A stretch of 64,000 nt of DNA from Eledone cirrhosa (lineage: Eukaryota), in NCBI GenBank assembly GCA_964016885.1, contig OZ024744.1:49848001-49912000 (forward strand). The letters run 5' to 3'. Position 1 is the first letter of the stretch. Each line of letters opens with the position of its first letter. The notes under the pieces were generated by a model that was given only the letters and a program-made list of their open reading frames with translations, was not told the DNA's origin and did not search any database. The position numbers and the translations under genes were made by a program. Shown piece after piece: positions 14,905-27,584 of the stretch.

Positions 14905-17900
14905 ATGTCAATGTCAAAGATAAAGATAAATTCACTTCCTGTTGCCGGACGAGAATGCAAGGACTCCTCTTTATTTCAGACATGGATGGCCAACATAATT
15001 TCATCTCCCTCACCCCTCCCTGCACCTCTAACCCATCCCTTCAACCCACCCAACGAAATCCAAAACTTCAAAGTTGGTACCATGAATGTAAGCACTTTGA
15101 AAGGTCGCTCAAATGAGGTCGTTGAGATGCTTGAATGTAAGAAAGTTGATGTTTGTCATGTTGAAGAGACTAGGTGGAGGGGTGGGTCTGCTAGTTTCAC
15201 TGTGGGTAAAAAACGATGCTATAAACTTTTCTGGGTGGGAAATGACAATGGGCTGGGTGGAGTAGGAATTATATTAGCAGAAAAATGGGTAGATAAGATA
15301 ATTGCTGTAAATAGAGTGAACAACAGAATAATTAAAATAAGGCTAGTCCTAAATAGAACTACTGTGACAATAATATCTGCTTATGCACCCCAATCTGGAC
15401 TACCTGACGTTATAAAAGACAGGTTCTATGAGTCACTAATGCTCACTACCTCCCAAATAACCGACAGTGACTGCATAATTATTGCTGGTAACCTAAATGG
15501 TTATGTTGGACAACATTGTGATGGCGATGACAGAATCCATGAAGGCTACGGGTTTGGTACTAGAAATGAGGAAGGCTCCAGAATCCAGGAATTCTGTGAC
15601 GCTAATAACCTAACTATCTGTAACACAAACTTAAAAAAAAACGAAACAATCACTTGATCACCTATAGATCAAGGGAACACACCAGTCAGATAGATTATAT
15701 CCTTACCTGAAGGCGTGACAGTGTGTCTGATGTAAACACTAAATCCTTCCCCCATGAAGAATGCACCTCCCAATAGTCATGACTAAACCGTACTCGATGA
15801 CAGAGGAGGACCACCCTGAGGAGAAGAATATGGAAGTTGAAGGACCCCACAGCCAGTAACAGATGAAATTTATGGCTGGAGCAGACCTATAGGCAGGAGG
15901 AGAGTAACTTGGTGGTGGAACAGTAAGGTGGAGGAGACAATCAAGGCCAAAAAGCAGGCTTGGAAAGCATGGTGGGATGGGGGAAGTAGAGAACACTATC
16001 AAGTGGCCAAGAGAGAAGCTAGAAGACAAGTGTACTTTGCAAGAAGGGAAGTAGAGGATAGAAAGTTCAAGCATGTTCTACAACACAAGGACCAAAAACG
16101 TGAGGTGTTCAGGATTGCAAAACAATGTGTCAAGGAAAAAAGTGATATTGTTGGGGAGAAGTGTGATGGTATACTTGCCCTCACTGATACTGATAAAAAG
16201 GTAGCTTGGATGTGTCACTACGAGAGACTACTAAATGGGGAGAATAAATGGGAAAAAGATAGTCTGCCCCAAATCGATCCAATAGAGAGACCAGCGGTGC
16301 AATTTAAAGGTAGTATAATAAGTAAGGCAATCAAAGATATGAAGACAGGCAAGGCAGCTGGGCCTTCGGAGATAGTTGCTGAAATGCTGAAAGTATCTGG
16401 TATGGTGGGACACACTATGGTCTATAGTAAACCAAGTAATACAGAATGGGGTCATACCAAATGACTGGCATAGCAGCAGCATCATTAACTGCTACAAGGG
16501 TAAAGGAGATTCTCTAGATAGGGGAAACTATAGAGGCATTAAGATAATTGACCAGGTCATGAAGGTCACAGAAGGAGTTATAGCACAACTAATCAAAGAT
16601 CGAATTGATCTAGATGAAATGCAGTTTGGGTTTGTGTCAGATAAAAGTACCACAGATGTTATTTTCCTTGTACGACAACTACAGGAGAAGTACCTAGCTA
16701 AAAGTATAACCCTCTACTTGGCTTTTGTTGACTTGGAGAAAGCCTTTGACAGAGTCCCTCGCTCCATTATCTGGTGGGCTCTTAGAAAACTAGGTCTTGA
16801 TGAATGGCTTGTGAGAGCTATACAAGCCATGTATAAAGAAACAGTCAGCAAGGTTAGAATTAACAACGAATATAGTGAAGAGTTTAGCGTAAAAGTTGGT
16901 GTTCATCAGGGCTCTGTCCTTAGCCCCCTCCTATTTATTATTGCCATTCAGGCTCTAACAGAGGAGTTTAAGACCGGCTGCCCATGGGAACTTCTATATG
17001 CAGATGATCTAACTCTCATAGTTGAATCTATGGCTGAACTAGAGAAGAAATTCCAAACATGGAAGCATGGCCTAGAATCAAAAGGACTTAAAGTTAACTT
17101 GTCTAAGACTAAAGTTCTAGTTTGTAGAAAGGAAAATAGGGCACTGGTCTCCTCAGGGAAATGGCCTTGCTCAGTGTGTAGGAAAGGAGTAGGCAGAAAC
17201 TCCATTTTATGTCCCTAATGCAAAGTATGGGTACATAAAAGATGTAGTGGGATCACAGGTAAGCTATCTAAGAACATAGATGTGGCCGATGTTCAGGTGC
17301 AATAAGTAGCAAGTGCCCACAGGACACCAGCTTCTTCTATTGACCAGATGGTTCTATAGAAATAGTGGAGTCTTTCTGTTACCTGGGTGACAAAATCAGC
17401 AGTGGTGGAGGGTGCTCTGAAAGTACAGTAGCTAGAGTCAGAACTGGATGGAAAACATTCAGAGAGCTTATACCACTGTTGGCCACAAAAGGTTTCTCAC
17501 TAAAAATGAATGGCAGATTGTATGATGCCTGCATACGAACAGCAATGTTACAGGGTAGTGAGACATGGGCATTACATGCAGAGGACCGGTGCAGACTGGA
17601 AAGGAATGAAGCATGCATGCTCCGTTGGATGTGTAATATACATGAACGGCAAAACATAGATGAACTAAGTGAGATATTAGGGATAAGAGGGATCAGATAC
17701 TGTTTCCTTCAGAGAAGACTACGTTGGTATGGTCACGTGATGCGCATGAAAGATGACAGCTGTATAAAAAAGTGCAGGACGATCAAAATTGATGGAAGTT
17801 ACAGAGTAGGTAGACCCAGAAAAACCTGGAACGATTTGATAAATTCTGACCTCACACACTTACACCTCTCCAAGACAATGTCACTGGACCGAGATCTTTG

Positions 17901-18065
17901 GTTCCACACAGTAATACAGAAAACCTGCCTTGCCTAATTACAAAGCAAAATGTACAGTCAGTAGGCACCTCTTAACCAAATATACACCCCATCTCACTAC
18001 CCCTACGCCATCCTCCCACTCTCACCAACACCACCCTCTCTCTGTAAAGTCATGTTGGTACCACA
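14905..18065 (+). mobile_element. RTE-clade LINE, near full length, disrupted (APE + RT + PHD-like insert)
   Basis: APE (VGTMNVSTLKG, SAYAPQSG), RT (QFGF, FVDLEKAFDRV, GVHQGSVLSPLLF, LYADDL), C-terminal [16 protein letters not shown]; several stops, frameshifts and a deletion. Confidence 0.95.
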
Positions 18066-18199
18066 ACATATATATAAATATGTATATACGTAAACAAGAC
18101 CATTATTGCTCCAACTAGTCTATTCTCCATTGATAAGTACCCTAAATATATATATATATAATGTGCTAAGTAGCCGAAGTGCATATAAATATACACATT

Positions 18200-19680
18200 T
18201 TGGAAAATTGCCAGTGTCATTCCTCTGCTCAAAAAAGGTGATCACATATCGTGTGTCAACTATCATCCAGTCAGTCTTACTAGCTGCATCGCCAAACTGA
18301 TAGAATCCTGTGTCAGAGAAACATTCTGGAACTTCTGGAATTCTCACAACCTTATCCAGCCCTTGCAATTTGGATTTATCCCTAACTCCAGCTGCTGTGA
18401 TCAACTTATCGAGTTTCTTGAAGACATCACCTGGATCACTGATGGTGGCTCATGGGTGGATGTTGTTTATCTTGACTTTGCTAAAGCTTATAATTTTGTG
18501 CCACACAAAAAACTTATGGTAAAACTCTCTGCATGGGTGTGAAAGATGATCTTTATAACTGGTTGAAGTCCTTCATTCTCAGTCGAAAATAGGTAGTCAC
18601 AGTTCTAGGAGAGCATTCTCAATGTATGAGATGTCATCTGGTGTACCACATGTATCTGTTCTTGGCCCCCTTTTGTTTGTTGCATATGTTAATGACATAG
18701 ATGTCAACTTAAAGAATGCCACAGTACTGAAATATGCAGATGACATCAAGCTGTACCTTGAGATAAAAAAGGACAGATCCAGAACACTGTAGTTCTTTCC
18801 TGCAATCAGACCTGGGCACAATGCAGCAATGAAATATGGACTGACAACTCAAGTTGGCAGTGAACAAGTGTACCACCATGCATTTTGGGAAGAAAACCCA
18901 GCATTCACATACTTCCTCCACAACACTAATCCCAAGAAGTCTTCTTGTGAATGTGACCTGGGCATTACGTTAGACAAAGCACATCTCTAAAATTGTTAAG
19001 ACGGCTGAGGGTGTCTTAGCATCACTCAGGAAGACCTTTGTCAGCTGCTCTCCAGCTATCTATTTAAAGATGTATATAGCTATGTTGTTGCCACACTTAG
19101 AATTTGCATCACCCCTATCTTGCTCAGAATATTGACCTCCTGGAAACTGTTCAAGGATGTGCAACCAAGCAAATAGCCTCCATCAGATGTTTACCATACA
19201 CTGAACACCTGGGTATGGATACATTAAAGCTCCGATGTCTGGCAACTAACTTGGTGGACACCCACAAAATTATTAACCATCTTGCCAACAACAACTCTGT
19301 ACATCTTTTTAAATTCCATGTGTCTAACACCCTTGGACATGCCTACAAAGTCAGAAAACAGCACAGCTCCCATGACTTTTGGAAACATTTTTCCATGCTC
19401 AGAGTTGCTGAAGCATGGAACAAACTACCTGCATCAGTTATTAGCTGCTGAGACACTGCATCCTTTAAAACCTCCATGCTTCCCAAAATTCGCCAACACT
19501 ATACCTGATATTCCCCCTCCATTCATACGCACACATGTGAGTGTGTGGCTGTGTGTATATCATGACTCATACACTGTTCACTTTCCTGACCTTTCTACAT
19601 TATTCTATGTATTATATGTGCACCTTTGATGAGTTGTAGTGCACCTGAGCATTGTACACAATAGCATTGTACCCAATAAT
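18200..19680 (+). mobile_element. CR1-clade LINE, 5'-truncated RT relic
   Basis: PVSLTSCIAKL, QFGF, VDVVYLDFAKA, SGVPHVSVLGPLLF, KYADDIKL, RVAEAWNKLP across frameshifts. Confidence 0.88.
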
Positions 19681-19705
19681 TTTCCTTTATATTATATATA
19701 ATAAA

Positions 19706-20010
19706 CATCATCATCATCATCATCATCATTTTACGTCCACTTTTCCCTGCTTGTAAGGGTGGGATGGGAACTGATTCTGGCTTGATTTCTACAGCTGGAT
19801 GCCCTTCCTAATACCAACCTCATTTACAGTGAGTGCTGGGTGCTTTTTTGCTGTGGCGCCTACATGACCACTTTACAGTGAGTGCTGGGTGCTTTATTGC
19901 CGTGGCACCTCCACTACCACTTTGCAGTGGAATGATAGGGACCCAGTCCTATCATCTCATTTCTACAGCTGAGTAAACTGGAGCAATGTGAAATAAAGTG
20001 TCTTGCTCAT
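19706..20010 (-). mobile_element. SINE (5'-truncated) with RTE-derived body and tail
   Basis: Highly similar to 39670-39905. Confidence 0.85.
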
Positions 20011-20026
20011 TCATTATATATATATA

Positions 20027-20533
20027 CTAGCCGAATTACCTGCACCTTGCTGCATTTCGCACATTTTTTTATAAGAAAATGATGATTGATTTTAAATCAG
20101 TGATATAATTTATAGAGAAAAACTCTGCATTTCAATATTACTCAATGTAAAATGTAATGCATGAAAAATTGGAAAACATTATTTTTTGTAATATATCAAA
20201 TCAAAATTATATTATTAAATCTTATTCTTATTTTGTTTCTTGTAAATAATTTTTTTCAAAATATCAATTCAAAACTTTTGTGAATAGGCATCATATCTTG
20301 TCATTTACCTATGGTTTAAATTTCATATAATTCAAAGAGAAATTTTCAGTGGGGGGTTTCCGTGGGGATTTGTGCCCCCGGAGAACCCTTTGATTAAAAT
20401 GAAATATACTTATCCAAGTTCCCTGGGCAATGTAGTTTCAGAATATATATGGTTATGGGGGTCTATCTCCAAAACCATAGGAGGAGTTAGTGAACAAACA
20501 AACAGACAGAAACTACAACTTTATATATAGAGA
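20027..20533 (-). mobile_element. Non-autonomous Helitron
   Basis: Minus strand reads A|TCTCTATATATAAAG...CTAG|T (5'-TC, 3'-CTAG, AT target); subterminal (TTTG/TCTG) run and degenerate 3' hairpin. Confidence 0.7.
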
Positions 20534-20590
20534 TATTGTAAATTTTCACATAATTTTTTTAATAAATGATAAAACCCATTAATCAGCTTT

Positions 20591-20970
20591 CAGATAACAT
20601 GTATATCATTGGGTCCAGATATATCATTGGGTCCAGATAACATGTATATCATTGGGTCCAGATATATCATTGGGTCCAGATAACATGTATATCATTGGGT
20701 CCAGATATATCATTGGGTCCAGATAACATGTATATCATTGGGTCCAGATATATCATTGGGTCCAGATAACATGTATATCATTGGGTCCAGATATATCATT
20801 GGGTCCAGATAACATGTATATCATTGGGTCCAGATATATCATTGGGTCCAGATATATCATTGGGTCCAGATATATCATTGGGTCCAGATAACATGTATAT
20901 CATTGGGTCCAGATATATCATTGGGTCCAGATAACATGTATATCATTGGATCCGGATATCATGTATATCA
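20591..20970. repeat. Minisatellite of alternating 20/27-bp units (atatcattgggtccagat +/- aacatgt)
   Basis: Visible; roughly 15 core copies. Confidence 0.95.
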
Positions 20971-21315
20971 TCTGACCACAATGTGTTTGATGGGTTTATA
21001 TACCCATTTGCTTTTAATAGTATTCTAGAATGGCTGTACTAATTTGTATATAATTAGCACTTATGTTGATAGTTAATTAAGATATACCCTAAGAAGTGTG
21101 CTAAACAGCCAAAGTATATGATAAAGTTATATCTGTATATATACAGCATGGCTTACTGAAACTGCTCCAATGTGTAGATAAATATACGTATTATTTTTAT
21201 TTTTTATCAAGTTTTATTATGTTTCCTTGTGGTTATTTAGATGAAATATGTATATACAAATACACGCATATATACATATATACATATACACATATGTATG
21301 TATGTATGTATATAA

Positions 21316-22058
21316 CGACCGCCACATAAACCAAAAAAGAGGTATAAGGATTCCTTGAAAGCCTCTCTGAAAGACGCTAACATCTCTGCTGATACATGGG
21401 AGAATGTTGCTGCTGATCGTAATAAATGGAGAAAGACTGTATATGAGGGAAAATTGCCTTTGAGGCATCTCGAATCGCATACGAGAAAGTAAAGCGGGAT
21501 GTGAGGAAGGGCATTACTGTTGCACTTCCAGACGGCGAAGGTCTTCCTATGGCGCTGACATGCAGCGTCTGTGCGAGACTCTGCCTAAGCAAAGCTGGAC
21601 TCGAAAGTCATCTTCGCAGTCATAAAGTGAGACCAGTGGTTGACTACCAGGCTGCTGTTGGAGATGCTACTCATCATGCTTGCCAAACATGTGGTAGAGA
21701 ATGTAAATCAGCAGGAGGGCTCAAGCGACATGCAAAAGTACACAAACTCCAACCACAGCCGACTATTCCCAGTGAATGTTTTGGTTGCCGACTCTGTGCA
21801 AGACATTTTAGATCATTGGCTGGGCTAAAAAGCCACATTCGATCGCAGCGCTGTTAGTTGCTATCGTGTGTGTGTGTGAGTGTGTATAGATATGTTTATG
21901 TGTGTGCGTGTGTATATATATATGTGTATGTATATTATTATTGTTGTTGTCGTTATTATTATTATTATTATTGTTATTAATATATATGTATATATATATA
22001 TATTTTTTTTTTTCGTGCAATGACCATGCTGGATAACGAGGGGGCAGCCATCATCATG
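21316..22058 (+). mobile_element. RTE LINE 3' fragment with three C-terminal C2H2-type zinc fingers and microsatellite-rich 3' UTR
   Basis: Close copy of 59035-59880 (inverted); CSVC..HLRSH, CQTC..HAKVH, CRLC..HIRSQ; ends gcagccatcatcat. Confidence 0.9.
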
Positions 22059-22114
22059 TATGTATATACATATACATATACATATATATATATGTATGTG
22101 CCTATTTAAGATGT

Positions 22115-22440
22115 GAAGGTGCATGTCTTTGTGGTTAGAGAATTCGGCTCACGATCATAAAGTCATGAGTTCAATTCCCGGCAGTGCACTGTGTCCTTAA
22201 GCAAGACACTTGATTTCACGTTGCCCCAGTCCACTCAGCTGGTATAATGAGTTGTACTCGTAATTCAAAGATCCAGCCTTGTCACATTCTGTGTCACGCA
22301 GAATCTCCCGAAGAACTACATTAAAGGTACACGTGTTTGTTGAATGCTCAGCCACTTGCACGTTAATTTCACGAGCAGGTTGTTCCATTGATCGGATCAA
22401 CTGGAACATTCAGCATTGTAACCGATGGAGTGCCTTCTAT
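22115..22440 (+). mobile_element. tRNA-derived SINE
   Basis: A-box-like gtggttagag, B-box gagttcaattccc, central gtgtccttaagcaagacactt...ccagtccactcagctg shared with the SINE at 39670-39993. Confidence 0.85.
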
Positions 22441-22730
22441 TTAAGATGTATGACATTTTACAGGTGTTATTCAATTTAAAATGTCCTTTGATAATAAACG
22501 CTCCAGGTAAAACGATGTATGGTTTGTTTTCACACGTCTTCAAATGTTCAAAAGGTTAACTTAATGTACTGGGTGCATTTTGGCACAAATGCAATGTGTG
22601 CATTTGTGTTGGCGTTTAACAAAAACAAAGGGAGGAGTTGTTTCCCTTGGAACGTTACACAACACGTACGTACGTACATATTTATGAATGTATATATATG
22701 TATATATATATATATGTGTGTGTGCGTGTG

Positions 22731-22789
<59 letters not shown>

Positions 22790-23013
22790 TAATTTAAGGT
22801 ATCACAACATACAATATGTATCATGCTTATTTTTCTCAGTAGAATACCTCAATGGACACTTGCCCAGATTATCAATAATTCAACGTATTTTTTCCTAAAT
22901 ATTATGTGCTTTATATATAACGTACAAAAGACTATGTATTTCTCAAATGGTATATGGCTCTCTCTCTTTACACACACACATACACATCTTTTAATTTGAA
23001 TTATATATATGTG

Positions 23014-23083
<70 letters not shown>

Positions 23084-23552
23084 TGTATGTGTGAGTGTGT
23101 GTTTATGCACGTGTATACACACTCGATATACTCAAATATAAGTTGATCTGACTATATGTCTGAGAAATGAGCAAAAATACGAACCCCATGGATAAGCCGA
23201 GGCAGCTGATCAACATATTATGTTTATATGGTGTGGTTTTGAAATTCTCGTGAGTGGAGAATATATTTATGAAGTTTTAATCTTTTGCTATTTAAAATGT
23301 TTTAAGTGTTTAGATGATTTTTTTTTTACCAATTTCTAACTGTTTTGAAGGTCATATTCAGTCAAAACATCAAAAAACAATAGGAAAAACAGATTTCATA
23401 TCCAAAGTGAAACTGGTGTAATATTCACCTCCAAAAGTAAAACCATTTTAGCACCTCATTTATGTAGAATGTAAAGTTAGTGAAAATCGACAAAATATTG
23501 ACGTCGAATATAAGTCGACACCATTTTGTCATTGAATCTTTTGTCACATATT

Positions 23553-24350
23553 TCTCAGAAACCTCATTCTGAAGAGAGCCGGGCGAATATCCCCTTAGTC
23601 TTGGAACCATCTGGGTTGTCCAGAAGTGACGGCAAAAGACCTGACGGTCTTACCCTGTGCCCCTGGTCGAGAGGCAGGTGCCTTGTCTGGGATGTCACTG
23701 TTAGTGATTTCTTTGCTCTTTCCCACATCCTGGATGCTGCGGTTAGGACGAGAGCCACATTTTCTGCAGCCGAGCGAAGTAAGACCCTCAAATACTCTGC
23801 TCTGTCGGCCAGCTACATTTTTCAGCCTATGGCTTTCGAGACGTTTGGGGAGTCGGACCGCTGACTGTGAAGTTCGTTTCCTCACTGGCGGCTCGCCTAA
23901 TAGAGGTGACTGGCGAATCTCGCGAGGGTGCTTGGCTGTTTCAGCGCATCAGCCTCGCCACCACCCGAGGCAACGCTGCGAGTGTGCTGGCTTGCCTCAA
24001 AAATCATTAGAGAGATTGCCCAGTACTCGCGACGTTGCTGTCTTTTGTTCTGGTGTTGGCTCCGTTGCTCACCCCTTCTTTTACATTTTCTTTAATATTG
24101 TAGCATTGAATGAATATATCTTTCATTATATCATCCTTTGTAGTGTTACCGAGGCATTTGTAATGTTATTTATGTATATATTTAAAACATATTTGTTATG
24201 TTATTCTACTGTAAATTTATTTATATGCTTTGTTTATATTTTCATTCTGAAGGAACTTATCCACTTGTGTTGATATAAGTGATTTTATGACTTTCCTGTA
24301 AGCATTGTGTCATTATATATGTTATTATAAACGTGTAAATTATATTTCTC
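23553..24350 (+). mobile_element. 3' fragment of a CRE-like non-LTR retrotransposon (restriction-like endonuclease)
   Basis: EPSGLSRSDGKRPDGLTLCPWSRGRCLVWDVT...KY...FQPMAFETFG...LFQRISLA..RGNAASVL is a PD-(D/E)xK RLE pattern; AT-rich 3' UTR ends in (TA)n. Confidence 0.75.
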
Positions 24351-24716
24351 AGTTTATATATATATATGTGTTAGGTAATTCTGAAGGAAAAGCAAAGGAA
24401 AAGAGAGTGTTCTATGTATAGAACAGAGCTATTTAATTCTACTGACATGGCTTTAAAGAGGCTGATTGCATAATTGCAAATGAATCGAATATTATTCTTA
24501 TATTTGGTAAACTCAGATTACATTTATTGTATTCAGCCATGTAGAGCAATAAACTATTCGTTAGTTATATATGTATATATACATAAATATAATTGGTGTT
24601 GGATGCTTAAATCGTCCGCATGCGGTAGGCTGTATGAGCACTCGATGCCCTCATAGAGCAGAGTAAGATATCACAGAAAAAAGAGAATCAGTGTTGCGAC
24701 GAAAGGAATTTATTGG

Positions 24717-24809
24717 ACATATTACAATTGTTTCTCGGGCGACCAGCTAGAGGCACGATTGATATGGTGATCAAACCTGACTCTGAAATCGCGCGGTCCT
24801 CGGATACAT
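24717..24809 (-). ncRNA. Degenerate hammerhead ribozyme of a PLE end
   Basis: atgtat-CCGAGGA-(62 nt)-GAAA-caattg-TA-atatgt; core T>C change, palindromic stem III. Confidence 0.55.
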
Positions 24810-26057
24810 CTCGATTCTACGAAGCGGATTTTCCTATTGTCCTTTAACATCGAATGTCTTCGTTTGTTGATTTAGATCCTGTTGTTGTCATTCCATGAGT
24901 GGTCAAGAATTGTACACGTCACTAGTATTTCTAGCCACCCATGGTTGCCCACTATTTGGTTCTTCTCCTTCTCCTTCTCCATCTGTCAATCAAAATTTCT
25001 TCATATATCAGAACTACTACTGTGATGGCAGAGGGGCGTGATCTTGAACAGCTGGCATCACTTCGACGTCTTCATTGTCCCTAGGCGCCCTCGTCCACAA
25101 CGGTCAGGTACACACCCGCAATTATGCTGTATGCGGCAGTCATTGTAAATAATATTTGGAGGGAATTAAAAAAACCCCACAAATTTTGGGATATTTAGCA
25201 TAACATTTCTAGGACACAGCCTTAGAATACCTCCACCATACATATTTCAAAAAGAAAAAGAAAAAGCAAAAAACCTGTATTAAGAACGTTTTTAAACGAA
25301 AGTTTGCAACAACCTTTCAAACAGAAAGGCTATATCAAATGTGTTTTCAACAAATACACCCAATTCTACACTCACACACTGGACTCAGGGAAGTGCGCAT
25401 AGCCGAGACGCCGCACATATATAGACAGATGAAAAAAGAAAATTCCATAGATTGTCATCCATACCCCCACGCAGACATGCTCACACAAATACATCGACCC
25501 AGGCATGCGCATACCCGTGCTCATGCATGTCTGTGTGGACACACATACATACATGCACCTGCGTGCTCCCACACCAGAGGCATATACTTGATGAGAACCC
25601 CTACATCCGTCTCCACACGCGCAGCTGTGCAGATGGTGCACACAGTATTGTATGAGACAACGCTTTTGAGGCTTTGACCCAACCCGATCACATGGCGGTA
25701 TGAGTCCGAAGGTGCCTGCACAATATACATAAATGTTAAGGCAGCACAATATGCCTGCACTAATCACATATAGCGTGGGTGGCACATATATAAAAATGCC
25801 TGTACGTACATAACATATAATATAATAATGAAATAATATACAATAAAATAAAATAAAATAAAATGCTGGAAAAAGTGAATGCACACATGACAAGGATGTA
25901 GAAGGGGGTCCGGGCATTATCGGGGTGTGCGTAAAGTTGCATACAATACTTGGGGGCTGTGGTGCAAATATAAATATATATATATATATATATATCAGAG
26001 CTTCCTGGTGATTTCTCATGAATTATATATATATATAAATATATATACATATCAGAG

Positions 26058-26100
26058 CTTCCTGATGATTTCTCACGAATGAAACAGTTCTAGTCATGTA
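26058..26100 (+). ncRNA. Hammerhead-like motif, stem I degenerate
   Basis: CTGATGA-tttc/tcac/gaat-GAAA-cagttctag-TC; truncated duplicate at 25993-26022. Confidence 0.45.
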
Positions 26101-26451
26101 AAAGCTTTTCTATATTAAATATTTATACTCTACACTGTATTGAGTACCTTACTTACTGTGGCTACCCCCGATTGAACCCGGGATAACTTCTATATATATA
26201 CGTATATGCAGTCTTTAAAGGTGGTAGTGATACCTGGTACACATGGTGAAGTGGTTGGCTCTAGGAAGGGCATACCATCATAGCAGCCATGTCAAAAATA
26301 TAATGTAAGTCCACAGTGCAATCATCTGACATATCTAACCTTAGAATGTGACAATCTGTCAAACCCATACAATTATAGAAAATAGATGTAAAAGGTTGAC
26401 AAAGATGGGAATCATCATGCTAGATACGTAAATTTGCATTTATACTTATGC

Positions 26452-26493
<42 letters not shown>

Positions 26494-26544
26494 ACCTGTT
26501 ATTTTTGTCTAAAAACATTTCAATCTATCTAATTTCGCATTCTT

Positions 26545-26580
26545 TCTTCTGATGAAGGATGAACGTCCGAAACGTCAAGA
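26545..26580 (+). ncRNA. Minimal hammerhead ribozyme
   Basis: tctt-CTGATGA-aggatgaacgtcc-GAAA-cg-TC-aaga, a canonical PLE-type minimal HHR. Confidence 0.85.
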
Positions 26581-26662
26581 CTCTCTTCCTGCTATATCAA
26601 GCGTTAACCTAATATATTCCATCCATATACTGTACCGATTGTGTTATAATTTCTGTTTACCT

Positions 26663-26694
<32 letters not shown>

Positions 26695-26725
26695 CATACA
26701 TACATACATACATACATACATACAC

Positions 26726-26756
<31 letters not shown>

Positions 26757-26847
26757 TAAACATGAATGGACCTATTATTTTTATCTAAAGACATTTTTTC
26801 CAATTCCACCCTGCCCGTCCCCTCAATCTATTTTATTTCTCATTCTT

Positions 26848-26883
26848 TCTTCTGATGAAGGACTAGCATCCGAAACGTTAAGA
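26848..26883 (+). ncRNA. Minimal hammerhead ribozyme (second copy of ~145-bp pLTR unit)
   Basis: tctt-CTGATGA-aggactagcatcc-GAAA-cg-TT-aaga; unit 26824-26970 repeats 26521-26668. Confidence 0.75.
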
Positions 26884-26964
26884 CCCTCTTCCTGCTATTT
26901 CAAGCGTTAACCTAATATATACCTTCCATATACTGTACCGATTGTGTTGTTATTTCTGTTTACC

Positions 26965-27032
<68 letters not shown>

Positions 27033-27519
27033 GTATACAATATATTAATACATGGAAACTATATTTATAAAACCATAATTATTTTTTAGGAGAGATGGTC
27101 ACCAATTTTAGAAGGCTGCGTTGTTTTACGATTTAGAGGGGAGTTCGTTTCCCTAGCTTGGCTGCTAGAACATCTCTTCTATTTGTTGTTAGGTGTAGGT
27201 AAACAATTAAGCAAAAAGAACATACCTCGAGATTATATGTACATGAGCATTTTAATCAGAGCAATAAACAAAACAGGTTATCATATCAGTTGCTCCTTGA
27301 TTGGTAATTCATAATTATCATTTTGTGGTGGTGTTCAAATATCCCGTGACCGCATGGTGCAATATCGCTGTTTCGCCACAGTGAAACGCGTCTGGTCACC
27401 TCAATAGACAAAGTCGAAGAGTGTGTATTCAGCTACTGACGTCAGATCGTGACGTTAGAACTAAGGGCAGTTAATCGACTGCCTCCAAAGTCAAAGCTAG
27501 GTGGCGTGAACTTCTACAA

Positions 27520-27584
27520 TTTTATTATATATATTTCAAGGGCGACCAAGGTAAATTATGGTGCACTTTCATCAGATAAAATAC
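27520..27584 (-). ncRNA. Hammerhead ribozyme
   Basis: tattttat-CTGATGA-aag...ctt-GAAA-tatata-TA-ataaaa. Confidence 0.8.

Noticed and set aside
20591-20970. CRISPR-like regular short repeats
   Set aside because: No unique spacers, no cas genes and a eukaryotic context.
21501-21857. Stand-alone C2H2 zinc-finger host gene
   Set aside because: It is contiguous with RTE ORF sequence and duplicated with its 3' UTR and tail at 59035-60100.
23146-23560. Possible MITE with short inverted ends (tctgagaaat / atttctcaga)
   Set aside because: Only ~10 bp of inverted match and no TSD; too weak to call.
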